Positions 19,134-28,429 of a stretch of DNA of 64,000 nucleotides are shown here, one piece after another. The translations under genes were made by a program, and so were the position numbers. Positions within the stretch are counted from its first letter, which is position 1. Every line of letters starts with the position of its first letter. The DNA lies in assembly GCA_035686075.1 (NCBI GenBank), contig DASRZU010000025.1, forward strand, positions 10,759-74,758, given 5' to 3'. Origin of the DNA: Anaeromyxobacter sp. Lineage in GTDB: Bacteria; Myxococcota; Myxococcia; Myxococcales; Anaeromyxobacteraceae. The notes under the pieces are model-generated. The model saw only the letters and a list, made by a program, of their open reading frames with translations. It was not told the origin of the DNA and did not search any database.

Positions 19134-20486
19134 CTAAGGAGGCGAGCCCGTGGCTTGCGCCGCTCCCGTCCTCGGACTCGCAGCCGGAAGATCCGCCTCC
19201 CCTAATGCTCCCACCACCATCGAGAACCCGCGCTCCAACACCGGCGAAAGCGCCGGGCCGTAGTAGGTACGCTCGGGGTGACTCTCCCGTCCATCCGATC
19301 GGTCGGCGGTGTCGAGGTACCCGAGATACCCATCGGCCAGGGACACCACCACCGCATCCGGTCCTCCCATCTCGCGGAGGCGAAGGGTGAGGTGCGACAT
19401 CACTTCGCCTGGAGCATCGAGGAAGAGGACCGAGCCGAGGCGCAGGGCGGAGAGGCGCGCCTGGGCGGGGAGAACGAACGTGGCGAGGTTCGTGGCGGCC
19501 TGACGCAGCAGGGTGGGGATGGCGGGTGGGGAGGGCGTGGGCAAGGTCACCTCCGCCGCGGCATAGGCGACCATGGGTGCGGCATCCGGCGGTCCGAAGG
19601 AGAGCGCCCCGACAGCGCGGTCGACCGCGGCGCCGTACGTCTCGTCGGTAAGGGGTCCCCAAGACTCGGGCATGTACGTCCCCTGATCTCCCACCGCTCC
19701 TTGCAGGAGGAGCCTCACCCCGCGCCGGCTGCGCGCATAGAACCGTGCCGGCCAGTCCCCGGAGATGCGCCGGTTATGGATGCCGAGCGTGGTGGGGTGG
19801 GAGCCGAAGACGGTCAGCTCGGCGAGCGGCTGCCCGTCGGGCCGGTCGATCCGCATGACCGTGAGGCGGCCGTCGGGGGTCGCGTCGTCCCGCCCGGCCA
19901 CGAGCTCGGTGTCTCGCCCCCGTCCCACCGATAGCCGGGCTGGACCGAGAGAGGCGAGCGCCCTCCTGAGCGACTCCGCCATGGCGTTCGCGACGAGGTC
20001 GCGCATGGCTGGGTCATACGGAGCGAGGCCGGCACGCTCGGCCACCGGGTTCTCGTAGTAGCCGCCCAAGGAGGCGTGGGTGTGGGTTGCCGCCAGGATG
20101 ACGCCCGAGAGCTCAAGGCCCTCGAGACGGGCCAGCACCGCCGCCCGAAGGGCGTCCGGCACGAGCAGGAGCTCGGCCGAGACGAGGCCGATCTTGAGCT
20201 CGCCGGAGGAGAGGACCAGCGCGCGGGCCGTGACCGGATCGGCCCCGTCGCTCCGGTAGGTGAGGTGGGCGAAGCCGGCGATGGGGGCACCCAGCGGGAC
20301 ATCCATGGAGGCGACGCCCACGCCGGCCTCGAAGGGGCCGTTCCCGCGGACGATCGCCTCGAGGCGAGGCGCCTGGCCTGGACGGGGCTTGACCCACGGA
20401 AGGGACAGGATCCCCAAGGCGGCGGCACCGGTACCGAGGAGCAGCGCGACGAAAAACACCAGACTCTTGGCGGGGAGCCTCGTCAA
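19134..20486 (-). CDS. Neutral/alkaline ceramidase-like hydrolase with N-terminal TM
   Basis: PIAGF, ARALVL, ATHTHA, SHPT, ISGDWP, QGAVGD, PGE, GYLGY motifs. Start uncertain (TTG 20486 or ATG 20510). Confidence 0.8.
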   Translation of the reverse strand: MTRLPAKSLVFFVALLLGTGAAALGILSLPWVKPRPGQAPRLEAIVRGNGPFEAGVGVASMDVPLGAPIAGFAHLTYRSDGADPVTARALVLSSGELKIGLVSAELLLVPDALRAAVLARLEGLELSGVILAATHTHASLGGYYENPVAERAGLAPYDPAMRDLVANAMAESLRRALASLGPARLSVGRGRDTELVAGRDDATPDGRLTVMRIDRPDGQPLAELTVFGSHPTTLGIHNRRISGDWPARFYARSRRGVRLLLQGAVGDQGTYMPESWGPLTDETYGAAVDRAVGALSFGPPDAAPMVAYAAAEVTLPTPSPPAIPTLLRQAATNLATFVLPAQARLSALRLGSVLFLDAPGEVMSHLTLRLREMGGPDAVVVSLADGYLGYLDTADRSDGRESHPERTYYGPALSPVLERGFSMVVGALGEADLPAASPRTGAAQATGSPP

Positions 20487-20513
20487 GCGCTCTCCGTTAT
20501 ACTCCGACATCCC

Positions 20514-21971
20514 ATGGGCTACGACGCCGTATACGACAAGATGAAGGACGAGTGCGGCGTCTTCGGCATCTGGGCGCTCGGGCAGTCGGAGGAGGCCGCC
20601 AACTTCACCTACCTCGGTCTTCACGCCCTCCAGCACCGCGGACAGGAATCAGCCGGGATCGTGTCCACGGAGGGCGAGGCACTCCACGTCCACCGCGACA
20701 TGGGGCTCGTAGCGGACATCTTCACAGCGCCGGTCCTGGAGCGGCTCAAGGGGGGCGCCGCCATCGGCCACGTCCGGTACTCGACCACCGGCGCGTCCCA
20801 CGTGAAGAACGCACAGCCCGTGGCGGTGCAGTACGCGGGGGGAGCGGTGGCGGTGGCGCATAACGGAAACATCGTCAACGCCGAGGTCCTCCGCGCCGAC
20901 CTCGAGGCCCAAGGGTCGATCTTCACCTCGTCCACGGACACCGAGGTGCTCGTCCACCTGCTGGCCCGCGCCTGTCCCGTGGGTTCCCCGGGGACGCCGG
21001 AGTACCTCGTGAGCTCCATCCGGCAGGCCCTGAGCAAGGTGGCGGGCGCCTACACCCTCCTCTTCCTCACCCCGCGAGCGCTGCTCGGCGTACGCGATCC
21101 CATGGGGTTCAGGCCGCTCGTCGTCGGGCGCCTCAAGGGCAGCTACTGCCTCGCGAGCGAGACCACCGCGCTCGACCTCATCGAGGCCGAGTACGTCCGG
21201 GAGGTGGAGCCCGGAGAGATGGTAATTCTCGACGGCGATGGACTCCGCAGCCAACCGCTTTTTCCCGATCAGCGCCCCCCGCAGCGGCTGGGACGTTGCG
21301 TGTTCGAGTACATCTACTTCGCTCGGCCCGACTCGGTGCTCTTCGGGCGGTCGGTCTACACCGTTCGGCAAGCGTTGGGTCGAAGGCTCGCGGAGGAATG
21401 CCCCGCAGAGGCCGATCTCGTCGTCCCGGTCCCCGACTCGGGCGTGCCGGCCGCCATCGGCTACGCCGAGCGGAGCGGCGTGCCCTTCGCCATGGGGCTC
21501 GTTCGCTCCCACTACGTGGGTCGAACCTTCATCGAGCCGCAGCAGTCGATCCGCCACTTCGGCGTGAAGCTGAAGCTGAACGCCTTGAAGGACGTGCTCC
21601 GTGGCCAAAGGGTGGTGGTCGTCGACGACTCGGTCGTGCGCGGGACCACGAGCCGAAAGATCGTGAAGATGATCCGGGACGCTGGTGCGAGCGAGGTCCA
21701 CCTCCGCATCAGCTCGCCCCCCACGGCCTGGCCCTGCTATTACGGGATCGACACCCCCACCCGGCAGGAGCTCATCGCTGCCAACCACCGGGTCGACGAG
21801 ATCGTCACCTACGTCACGGCCGACTCGTTGGGTTACCTCTCGCTGGAAGGCGTCTACGCAGCGGTGGGGGACGCCCGGTCCGGCTACTGCGACGCCTGCT
21901 TCTCGGGAGAGTACCTGATCCAGTTCTCGAGGCGAGCCGTGGCCTCGCCCTTGCGGGTAGTCGGAACCTGA
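20514..21971 (+). CDS. purF: Amidophosphoribosyltransferase
   Basis: Short propeptide then ECGVFG; LQHRGQESAG, GHVRYST, PVPDSG, VDDSVVRGTT, YGID, CDACFSG. Confidence 0.97.
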   Translation: MGYDAVYDKMKDECGVFGIWALGQSEEAANFTYLGLHALQHRGQESAGIVSTEGEALHVHRDMGLVADIFTAPVLERLKGGAAIGHVRYSTTGASHVKNAQPVAVQYAGGAVAVAHNGNIVNAEVLRADLEAQGSIFTSSTDTEVLVHLLARACPVGSPGTPEYLVSSIRQALSKVAGAYTLLFLTPRALLGVRDPMGFRPLVVGRLKGSYCLASETTALDLIEAEYVREVEPGEMVILDGDGLRSQPLFPDQRPPQRLGRCVFEYIYFARPDSVLFGRSVYTVRQALGRRLAEECPAEADLVVPVPDSGVPAAIGYAERSGVPFAMGLVRSHYVGRTFIEPQQSIRHFGVKLKLNALKDVLRGQRVVVVDDSVVRGTTSRKIVKMIRDAGASEVHLRISSPPTAWPCYYGIDTPTRQELIAANHRVDEIVTYVTADSLGYLSLEGVYAAVGDARSGYCDACFSGEYLIQFSRRAVASPLRVVGT

Positions 21972-21982
21972 GGGCGCTCGAT

Positions 21983-22828
21983 TCAGGGGGGCTCGGGCGA
22001 GAGGGCCCTGAGCCCGTCCGCAACCGCGAGGCACAGGTTCTCGACGAGGTCCTGCCGGGCGTTCACCGCGTAGAGGTGGGGCGCGAGCCGGTAGTTCTCT
22101 CGCGACAGACGGATCGGGACGGCTCCGGGGAGGAGCCGCAGCAGGTCCGGGAGCACCTTGTCTCCGAGCCGGAGCGCGGTGTCCACCGCCAGGACGGCGA
22201 GGTGGGGCCGTAGCGAGCGTACCCGCGCCAAGAAGGCGCGGAGCTCCTCCCGCGAGACGTGCTTCGGGGGAGAGGACTTGAGCTCGATGTAGGCGAGCTT
22301 ACCCTCGAGCGCAACCACCACGTCCAGATCGCCGCCCAGGCCGGGGTCCCCAGTGCGGACCCCGGTGGCCACCTGTGCAGCGAGCCGATTCCCGAGCTCC
22401 CGTCCCACCCACCACTCTAGGACGCCCCCGAAATTCCGAGCGGGGCGGACGAGCCGGTAACGCCCGTTTCCGGCGGGAGCGGCGAGCCCGAGCCGGACGA
22501 GTTCGTGCGCCATGCGGACCGCCACCTGCCCCCCCACGTACCGGGAGGCCTCATCCGGCCGGAACGGTCCGCCCGCCAGGATCGCCCCCCGCACGAACAG
22601 GCGAAAAGCGTAGTGGGAGAGAAGGGCGGCCAGGTGGTCGACGTGGGCCGTGGATAGATCGGGGGGAAAGGGTAGGTCGAGTGCGGCGGGGCGGGGCGTG
22701 AGCCCCCGGCGCGCGAGCATGGCGAGCGGTTCGGACGGCGAGGCGAACGGCATCGGCGGGCGGGCCAGGGACCCCCATCGCCGCGCGGCAGCGCGCTCCA
22801 GCTCCCCTGCGGTCCGCCTGCGGGTCAC
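21983..22828 (-). CDS. Hypothetical protein, probable winged helix plus PD-(D/E)XK nuclease-like domain
   Basis: GGVLEWWV...GDLDVV...LAYIELKS pattern; GAGG SD before GTG; start uncertain. Confidence 0.7.
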   Translation of the reverse strand: MTRRRTAGELERAAARRWGSLARPPMPFASPSEPLAMLARRGLTPRPAALDLPFPPDLSTAHVDHLAALLSHYAFRLFVRGAILAGGPFRPDEASRYVGGQVAVRMAHELVRLGLAAPAGNGRYRLVRPARNFGGVLEWWVGRELGNRLAAQVATGVRTGDPGLGGDLDVVVALEGKLAYIELKSSPPKHVSREELRAFLARVRSLRPHLAVLAVDTALRLGDKVLPDLLRLLPGAVPIRLSRENYRLAPHLYAVNARQDLVENLCLAVADGLRALSPEPP

Positions 22829-22847
22829 GGACGCCTCGCTGGCGAGC

Positions 22848-23045
22848 TTACCTGAACGGACCGATTCTCTGGACCTCCGCTCTCACCTCGTCGTCGTCCG
22901 GGGCGACCTCGTGCGCTTCGCGAGACCGCGCTGCCGCGAGCGCGACTCGCCTTGCCGCGAGGGGGCCCCATCTCTCCCAGAGGAGCCACCCGATGGCAGT
23001 GGGCCGCAAGCGGTGCTCAGGGGTCAGCTCCTTGGCCGCCTCCAT
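22848..23045 (-). CDS. Possible small hypothetical protein
   Basis: 65-aa ORF filling the gap, co-oriented with and ending 19 bp before the next gene; no motif recognised. Confidence 0.3.
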   Translation of the reverse strand: MEAAKELTPEHRLRPTAIGWLLWERWGPLAARRVALAAARSREAHEVAPDDDEVRAEVQRIGPFR

Positions 23046-23186
23046 CGACTCGGCCCGGGCCTCTCGCCTGGCAGCCGCCCCGGACGAGGCGCGCGAGTCG
23101 AGGACGTCGTTGCCATCTTTCCGCAGGGCCTGCAGAACCCAGCTGTTCCGGGGATCCCATTCCGGGCTGCGCTAATCTTCGACTCC

Positions 23187-24305
23187 ATGGCAGCCGGAGG
23201 CCCCTGGCAGGTCGAGGATGGGGAGGTGCTCGTCTATCGCCTCTTCGACGTGGCCGACGCGGTCGACCTGCTCCGCGCCGAGGAGGCTGCTAGTGCCCCG
23301 AAGTTCCGGCTGAGGCTCGCCAGCGTGCAGTCGGCCACGGCACTCGAGCTCCCCCGCCCCCCGTTGCAGCTCGGGCTAGGGAGGCGGGCGCTGCCTCTCG
23401 CCAGCGGTCCGCGGGAGGCCGAGGCCACCGCCCGGGTATTCGACTATGGCGTGGTCTCCGTCTGCTACCGGCTATCCATCGCGCCCGGAACGCCCCTCGG
23501 AGATCTCCTCCCCCTCGCCGAGGAGCTCTTCGTGGAACCGTCTGTTGCCCTCGACGCCGGTGCCCGGCGGGAGGCCGAAGCCATCACGGCGGCCCTGGGG
23601 CCGGCGCTGGAGCATCCCCATTCCTGGGATGGGCTCGAGAGTTACCAGGTCTTCTTCGTTCGGAGGTGGGCGTGCGGGACGGTCGAGGCCTCCACCCTCC
23701 TTGCGGGGGCGCCAGTGCCCGAGTTGGTGCTGGGGGAGACGAGCCCGGTGCCCCTCTCCCCTACCGAGCGACAGGACGTGCTCGCGCAGCACCACTCGTA
23801 CCTCGCCGACGACCTGGCGGTGGTGCACTGGAACTGCGCCTTCGTCTCGGAGCCGTCCGGCGTGGAGGATGTCCCCGACCTTCTGGAGCTGGCCACCGCC
23901 CAGCTGCTCGAGCTTCGCTACTATGACGCGCTGCTCGACCGGGAGTTGCATCGCATCTACGACGAGATCGAGGCGCGGGGGAGCCGGCTTTTGAACATCC
24001 TCACGCCCCGGTACCGGGAGCTTCGCCGCCGCACCGCCGCCCTGCTCCTCGAGCTCTCGGAGATGATCGAAAGGCTGGAAAATGCGGTGAAAATCGTGGG
24101 CGACCTCTACCTCGCCCGATTGTACCAGGGCGCGGTCCGCCGTTTCCGCCTCCCCGCCTGGCAGGAGACGGTCTTGCGCAAGCAGCGTCTTGTGGCCGAG
24201 GTGAACGACCTCATCGGAGACGCTGCCGACACGAGCCGGGCCGAGTGGCTGGAAATCGCGGTCATCGTGCTCATCGCGGTGGAGATCGTCGCCGCGCTCC
24301 GGTGA
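23187..24305 (+). CDS. Conserved hypothetical protein, RMD1/DUF155-like with C-terminal TM
   Basis: VFDYGVVS, QLLELRYYD, LEIAVIVLIAVEI terminus; ATG 8 nt after TAATCT. Confidence 0.78.
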   Translation: MAAGGPWQVEDGEVLVYRLFDVADAVDLLRAEEAASAPKFRLRLASVQSATALELPRPPLQLGLGRRALPLASGPREAEATARVFDYGVVSVCYRLSIAPGTPLGDLLPLAEELFVEPSVALDAGARREAEAITAALGPALEHPHSWDGLESYQVFFVRRWACGTVEASTLLAGAPVPELVLGETSPVPLSPTERQDVLAQHHSYLADDLAVVHWNCAFVSEPSGVEDVPDLLELATAQLLELRYYDALLDRELHRIYDEIEARGSRLLNILTPRYRELRRRTAALLLELSEMIERLENAVKIVGDLYLARLYQGAVRRFRLPAWQETVLRKQRLVAEVNDLIGDAADTSRAEWLEIAVIVLIAVEIVAALR

Positions 24306-24400
24306 CGGAGAGTGCGGATCGGCCGGAGGGGGGACCGGCGGGCGGGGGAGCCGATCCTCACGGCGGGCCCATTTTTCAGGCAGATCCGCGCGGGGCCTTG

Positions 24401-24429
24401 TTGACGTCGGGATCGGGACGAGATATCAC
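24401..24429 (+). promoter_or_regulatory. Sigma70-type promoter of the HU gene
   Basis: TTGACG, 17 bp, TATCAC. Confidence 0.5.
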
Positions 24430-24486
24430 CCGAGCCACTCGCCGCGTCAGAACCCTTGCGGCGTTGCGACAGGAGGGATCCACTAC

Positions 24487-24774
24487 ATGACGCAGGCACA
24501 GTTCTTCCAGGCGGTGGCCGAGGGCTCGCAGGTAGCCAAGGCTCAGGTTCGTGCCGTGTTCCAAGCGGTCGAGGAGGTCGTGACCAAACGCCTCAAGGCG
24601 GAGGGCAAGATCCCTCTCGGCGGTCTGGGCGCCGTGAAGCTCGTGGACCGCAAGGCCCGGATCGGTCGGAACCCAGCCACGGGCGAGCAGATCAAGATCC
24701 CGGCCCGCACCGCCATCAAGCTCACCCCCGCCAAGGCCCTGAAGGACATCTTCAACAAGAAGGCGAAGAAGTAA
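24487..24774 (+). CDS. HU-family DNA-binding protein
   Basis: RKARIGRNPATGEQIKIPA arm; AGGAGG SD; basic, 95 aa. Confidence 0.95.
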   Translation: MTQAQFFQAVAEGSQVAKAQVRAVFQAVEEVVTKRLKAEGKIPLGGLGAVKLVDRKARIGRNPATGEQIKIPARTAIKLTPAKALKDIFNKKAKK

Positions 24775-24884
24775 CCCCCAGAGGGTTCTCTTCACCGCAG
24801 CTCGGACGCCCGCCGGACGGCCTCGTCGCGGCGGGTGTCTCGTTCTTGGGGGGGGGCGGCGAGTGAAGCCGGGCCGGCGACGCG

Positions 24885-25625
24885 CTACGACCGGAGGTGG
24901 AGGAGCATACGAACCGTGCTCACGATGTCCGAGAACTGCACCGGCTTCTGCAGGTAGACGTCGACCCCCAGTTCGATGGCGCGGAGTCGAGCGTCGTTCC
25001 CCCCGGCGCTGATCATGAACACCGGGACGCCCACCAGGCCCGGGTCGGCCCGCATCTGCTCGACCAGGGAGAACCCGTCCATCACCGGCATGTAGAGGTC
25101 GGAGATGACGAGGTCGGGTCGAGGCGGCTCGGCCAGCCGGCGCAGCGCCTCGTGGCCGTTGGCTGCATATTCCACCGTGAACCGGACCCGTCCCTCGTGC
25201 ACCTTGAGCTTGCGAAGGGCGTACTCGTACATCTCCACGACGTGCGGGTTGTCCTCGACCACGAGCACCGTGAAGGCACGGCGGGGGGAGGAAGCGGGGG
25301 CGGGCGCGGCCTCGACGATCCGGGCGAGCTTGGCCCGGTCGGACTCGGCGGGCACTTTCACCGCCACGCCCGGCGGACCGTCGGCGGGGGACGACCGGAT
25401 ACGGACCACCTCGGCCTCGATCTCCACTGGGTCGAGCAGGCCGGGGAAGCTGATCACGAGAGGAAGTCGCTGTCCCACCTCGAGGTCCCGTTCGGTACGG
25501 ACGAAGAGGCCTCCGCTCGAGACGTTCTCGGTGGCGTCCAGGGCTCCGGAGGGCAGGCCGGGGTGGTCGACGCGGAGCACGAGAGGGACGCGCGGATCCC
25601 TGCGTTTTTCTTTGACGTGCTCCAT
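24885..25625 (-). CDS. PilZ-domain plus receiver-domain protein
   Basis: RRDPR and NVSSGG PilZ motifs; VLVVEDN, DLYMPVMDG, KP receiver motifs. Confidence 0.9.
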   Translation of the reverse strand: MEHVKEKRRDPRVPLVLRVDHPGLPSGALDATENVSSGGLFVRTERDLEVGQRLPLVISFPGLLDPVEIEAEVVRIRSSPADGPPGVAVKVPAESDRAKLARIVEAAPAPASSPRRAFTVLVVEDNPHVVEMYEYALRKLKVHEGRVRFTVEYAANGHEALRRLAEPPRPDLVISDLYMPVMDGFSLVEQMRADPGLVGVPVFMISAGGNDARLRAIELGVDVYLQKPVQFSDIVSTVRMLLHLRS

Positions 25626-25672
25626 CAGACCCAGTCGAGTATATCCTCCGGGGACGAACGGCCGCGACGTCC

Positions 25673-25701
25673 TTGACACGCACAATCCCGCTCACTAGCC
25701 T
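25673..25701 (+). promoter_or_regulatory. Sigma70-type promoter of nuoEFJK
   Basis: TTGACA (25673-25678), 17 bp, TAGCCT (25696-25701). Confidence 0.65.
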
Positions 25702-25734
25702 GCCCCGCCGTTTGACCAGCCGTATCGACCTCTT

Positions 25735-26247
25735 ATGAGCTCTCTCCCCTTGGGCGTCGCGCAGCCACTGCCGCGCGAGAAGGTCGAGCACTTCGAGCGC
25801 GAGGCGGCCGCCCTCGTCCGGCGGTATCCCCCCGAGCGCCGGGCCGCCGCGCTCCTCCCCCTGCTCCGGGCTGCGCAGGAGCTGTTCGGATACCTCTCAC
25901 CCGAGGTGCAAGGGCTGGTGGCGGAGCTCCTGGGTGTCTCCCCGGCCCGGGTTGACGAGGTGGCCACCTTCTACCTCATGTTCCACACCCGGCCGTTGGG
26001 CCGGCATCTGGTGGAAATGTGCACCAACGTGTCCTGCTGCCTCACCGGGGCGGAGAGGATCTGGGCCCACCTGAAGAAGAAGCTCGGGGTGAAGCCGGGC
26101 GAGACCACCGCGGATGGCCGGATCACCCTGCGCGAGGTGGAGTGCCTGGGGTCGTGCGGGACCGCCCCCGCCATGCTGGTGGACGAGGAGATGCACGAGC
26201 GGCTCACCGTCGAGAAGGTCGACGAGATCCTGGGGAGGCTGGAGTGA
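25735..26247 (+). CDS. nuoE: NADH-quinone oxidoreductase subunit E
   Basis: VATFY, CTNVSC...ECLGSC 2Fe-2S ligands. Confidence 0.93.
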   Translation: MSSLPLGVAQPLPREKVEHFEREAAALVRRYPPERRAAALLPLLRAAQELFGYLSPEVQGLVAELLGVSPARVDEVATFYLMFHTRPLGRHLVEMCTNVSCCLTGAERIWAHLKKKLGVKPGETTADGRITLREVECLGSCGTAPAMLVDEEMHERLTVEKVDEILGRLE

Positions 26248-27569
26248 GCGAGACGCGCATCCTCACCGCGCGCTGGGGAAAGCCAGGCTCGGCCACGCTC
26301 GACTCCTACCGGCGAGACGGCGGGTACCAGTCCCTGGACAAGGCCCTCGGCATGGATCCGGCCGCGGTGGTCGAGGAAGTGAAGCGCTCGAACCTGCGGG
26401 GCCGGGGCGGAGCCGGCTTCGCCACCGGCCTCAAGTGGTCCTTCCTGCCCAAGGACATCCGGCCCCGGTACCTCACGGTGAACGCCGACGAGTCCGAGCC
26501 CGGCACCTTCAAGGATCGGTACATCATCGAGCACGATCCCCACCAGCTCATCGAGGGGATCGCCATCACCTGCTGGGCGAACGACATCCACCTGGCCTAC
26601 ATCTACATCCGCGGCGAGTTCGCCAAGCAGACGCGCATCCTCACGAGGGCCCTCGAGGAGGCGAGGGAGGCCGGGATCATCGGACCGCGGCTCCTCGGGA
26701 AGAAGGACTTCGAGGTCCAGATCCACGTCCACCGGGGTGCGGGGGCGTACATCTGCGGGGAGGAGTCGGCCCTGCTCGAGTCGCTCGAGGGGAAAAAGGG
26801 GTATCCGCGGCTAAAGCCCCCCTTCCCGGCGGTGGTGGGGCTTTGGGGAAAACCCACCATCATCAACAACGTGGAAACCCTGGCCAACCTCCCCTGGATC
26901 GTCGAGCACGGCGGCGAGGCCTTCGCGGCGCTCGGGACCGGCAAGTCGGGCGGGACGCGGCTCTTCTGTGTCTCCGGCCATGTGAAACGCCCGGGGGTGT
27001 ACGAAAAGCCCGTCCACCAGAACCTGAAGCGGCTCCTCGAGGAGGACTGCGGGGGGATCGTCGGGGGACGAAAGGTGAAGGCGGTCATCCCCGGTGGCTC
27101 CTCCGCCCCGGTCCTCTCGGGGAGCGAAATCGACGTGTCGCTGGAGTTCGACGCCCTCAAGGCGGCCGGTACCATGGCCGGCTCCGGGGGGATCATCGTG
27201 TTTGACGAGTCTGCCTGCATGGTGCGGGCGCTCAGGCGCATCGCCCGGTTCTATGCCGAGGAGAGCTGCGGGCAATGCACCCCCTGCCGCGAGGGCGCCC
27301 CGTGGATGGAAGGGGTGCTCGATCGGATCGAGGCGGGAGAGGCCCAGCTGGCCGACGTCGCCCGGCTCGATCAGGTTGCGGGGAGCATCATGGGCATGAC
27401 CATCTGCGCCCTGGGGGACGCCGCCGCCATGCCCGTGCAGTCGTTCGTGAAGAAGTTCCGCGACGAGTTCGAGCGCCACGTCGCCGAGCGCCGCTGCCCG
27501 TTCGGGGAGCACGCCTGGGGGCTCGATCAGACCTCGCGCGCCGCGCTGGTCGGGGACGTGGCCTACTAG
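26244..27569 (+). CDS. nuoF: NADH-quinone oxidoreductase subunit F
   Basis: LRGRGGAGF, NADESEPGTFKDR, GAGAYICGEE, ESCGQCTPCREG, ICALG; GTGA overlap. Confidence 0.97.
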   Translation: MSETRILTARWGKPGSATLDSYRRDGGYQSLDKALGMDPAAVVEEVKRSNLRGRGGAGFATGLKWSFLPKDIRPRYLTVNADESEPGTFKDRYIIEHDPHQLIEGIAITCWANDIHLAYIYIRGEFAKQTRILTRALEEAREAGIIGPRLLGKKDFEVQIHVHRGAGAYICGEESALLESLEGKKGYPRLKPPFPAVVGLWGKPTIINNVETLANLPWIVEHGGEAFAALGTGKSGGTRLFCVSGHVKRPGVYEKPVHQNLKRLLEEDCGGIVGGRKVKAVIPGGSSAPVLSGSEIDVSLEFDALKAAGTMAGSGGIIVFDESACMVRALRRIARFYAEESCGQCTPCREGAPWMEGVLDRIEAGEAQLADVARLDQVAGSIMGMTICALGDAAAMPVQSFVKKFRDEFERHVAERRCPFGEHAWGLDQTSRAALVGDVAY

Positions 27570-27574
27570 AAGGG

Positions 27575-28087
27575 ATGACCATGAGCGCCACCGCCGAAGA
27601 GGTCACCTTCTTCATCCTGGCCGTTCCGCTCCTGTGCGCCGCCGTGGGGGTGGTGATCTCGAAGAACCCGGTGTACGCGGCCATGAACCTCGTGGCCACC
27701 TTCATCTTCTTGGCCGGGATCTACGTGCTACTCGTCGCCCACCTCATCGCCTTCATGCAGGTCCTCGTCTACGCAGGCGCGGTGATGGTCCTCTTCCTCT
27801 TCGTGATCATGCTCATCTCGCTGGGCGACGAGCACCTCGTGAAGGAGCGCTACCGGGGGATGCAGCTGCTCGGAGCGGCCGGCGCCATCGGCCTGGCGGC
27901 GGTCCTGTCGTGGGCCATCCTGGACGTGGCCCGGGCCACGCCGGCCAGCCTCCCCCCCGACTTCGGGACGGTCAAGGCCGTGGGGCGGGTCCTCTTCACC
28001 CAGTACCTGCTCCCCTTCGAGGCCACGAGCCTGCTTCTCCTCGCCGCCATCGTGGGGGCCGTGGTGGTGGCCAAGGAGCGGATCTGA
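27575..28087 (+). CDS. nuoJ: NADH-quinone oxidoreductase subunit J
   Basis: NPVYAA, QVLVYAGAVMVLFLFVIML, YLLPFE. Confidence 0.95.
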   Translation: MTMSATAEEVTFFILAVPLLCAAVGVVISKNPVYAAMNLVATFIFLAGIYVLLVAHLIAFMQVLVYAGAVMVLFLFVIMLISLGDEHLVKERYRGMQLLGAAGAIGLAAVLSWAILDVARATPASLPPDFGTVKAVGRVLFTQYLLPFEATSLLLLAAIVGAVVVAKERI

Positions 28088-28089
28088 CC

Positions 28090-28389
28090 ATGCCCGTCCA
28101 GTACTACCTCCTGCTCGCCGCCCTCCTCTTCGCCATCGGCCTCGTGGGCGTGCTCATGAAGCGGAACGCTCTCATCGTGATGATGTGCGTGGAGCTCATG
28201 CTCAATGCCGCCAACCTGACCTTCCTCGCGTTCGCTCGCCAGCGAGGCAGCATCAACGGCCAGGCGATCGCCTTCTTCGTCATCGCCGTGGCCGCCGCCG
28301 AGGCCGCGGTGGGGCTCGCCATCGTGCTTGCGATCTACCGGACCCGCGGCGGCGTGAACGTGGACGAGGTGCGAACCCTGCGCGAGTAG
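28090..28389 (+). CDS. nuoK: NADH-quinone oxidoreductase subunit K
   Basis: RNALIVMMCVELMLNAANL, VAAAEAAVGLA. Confidence 0.96.
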   Translation: MPVQYYLLLAALLFAIGLVGVLMKRNALIVMMCVELMLNAANLTFLAFARQRGSINGQAIAFFVIAVAAAEAAVGLAIVLAIYRTRGGVNVDEVRTLRE

Positions 28390-28429
28390 CCTTCCCCCCC
28401 GGATCGTGCCGGTGCGGTAAGCTCCCAAC

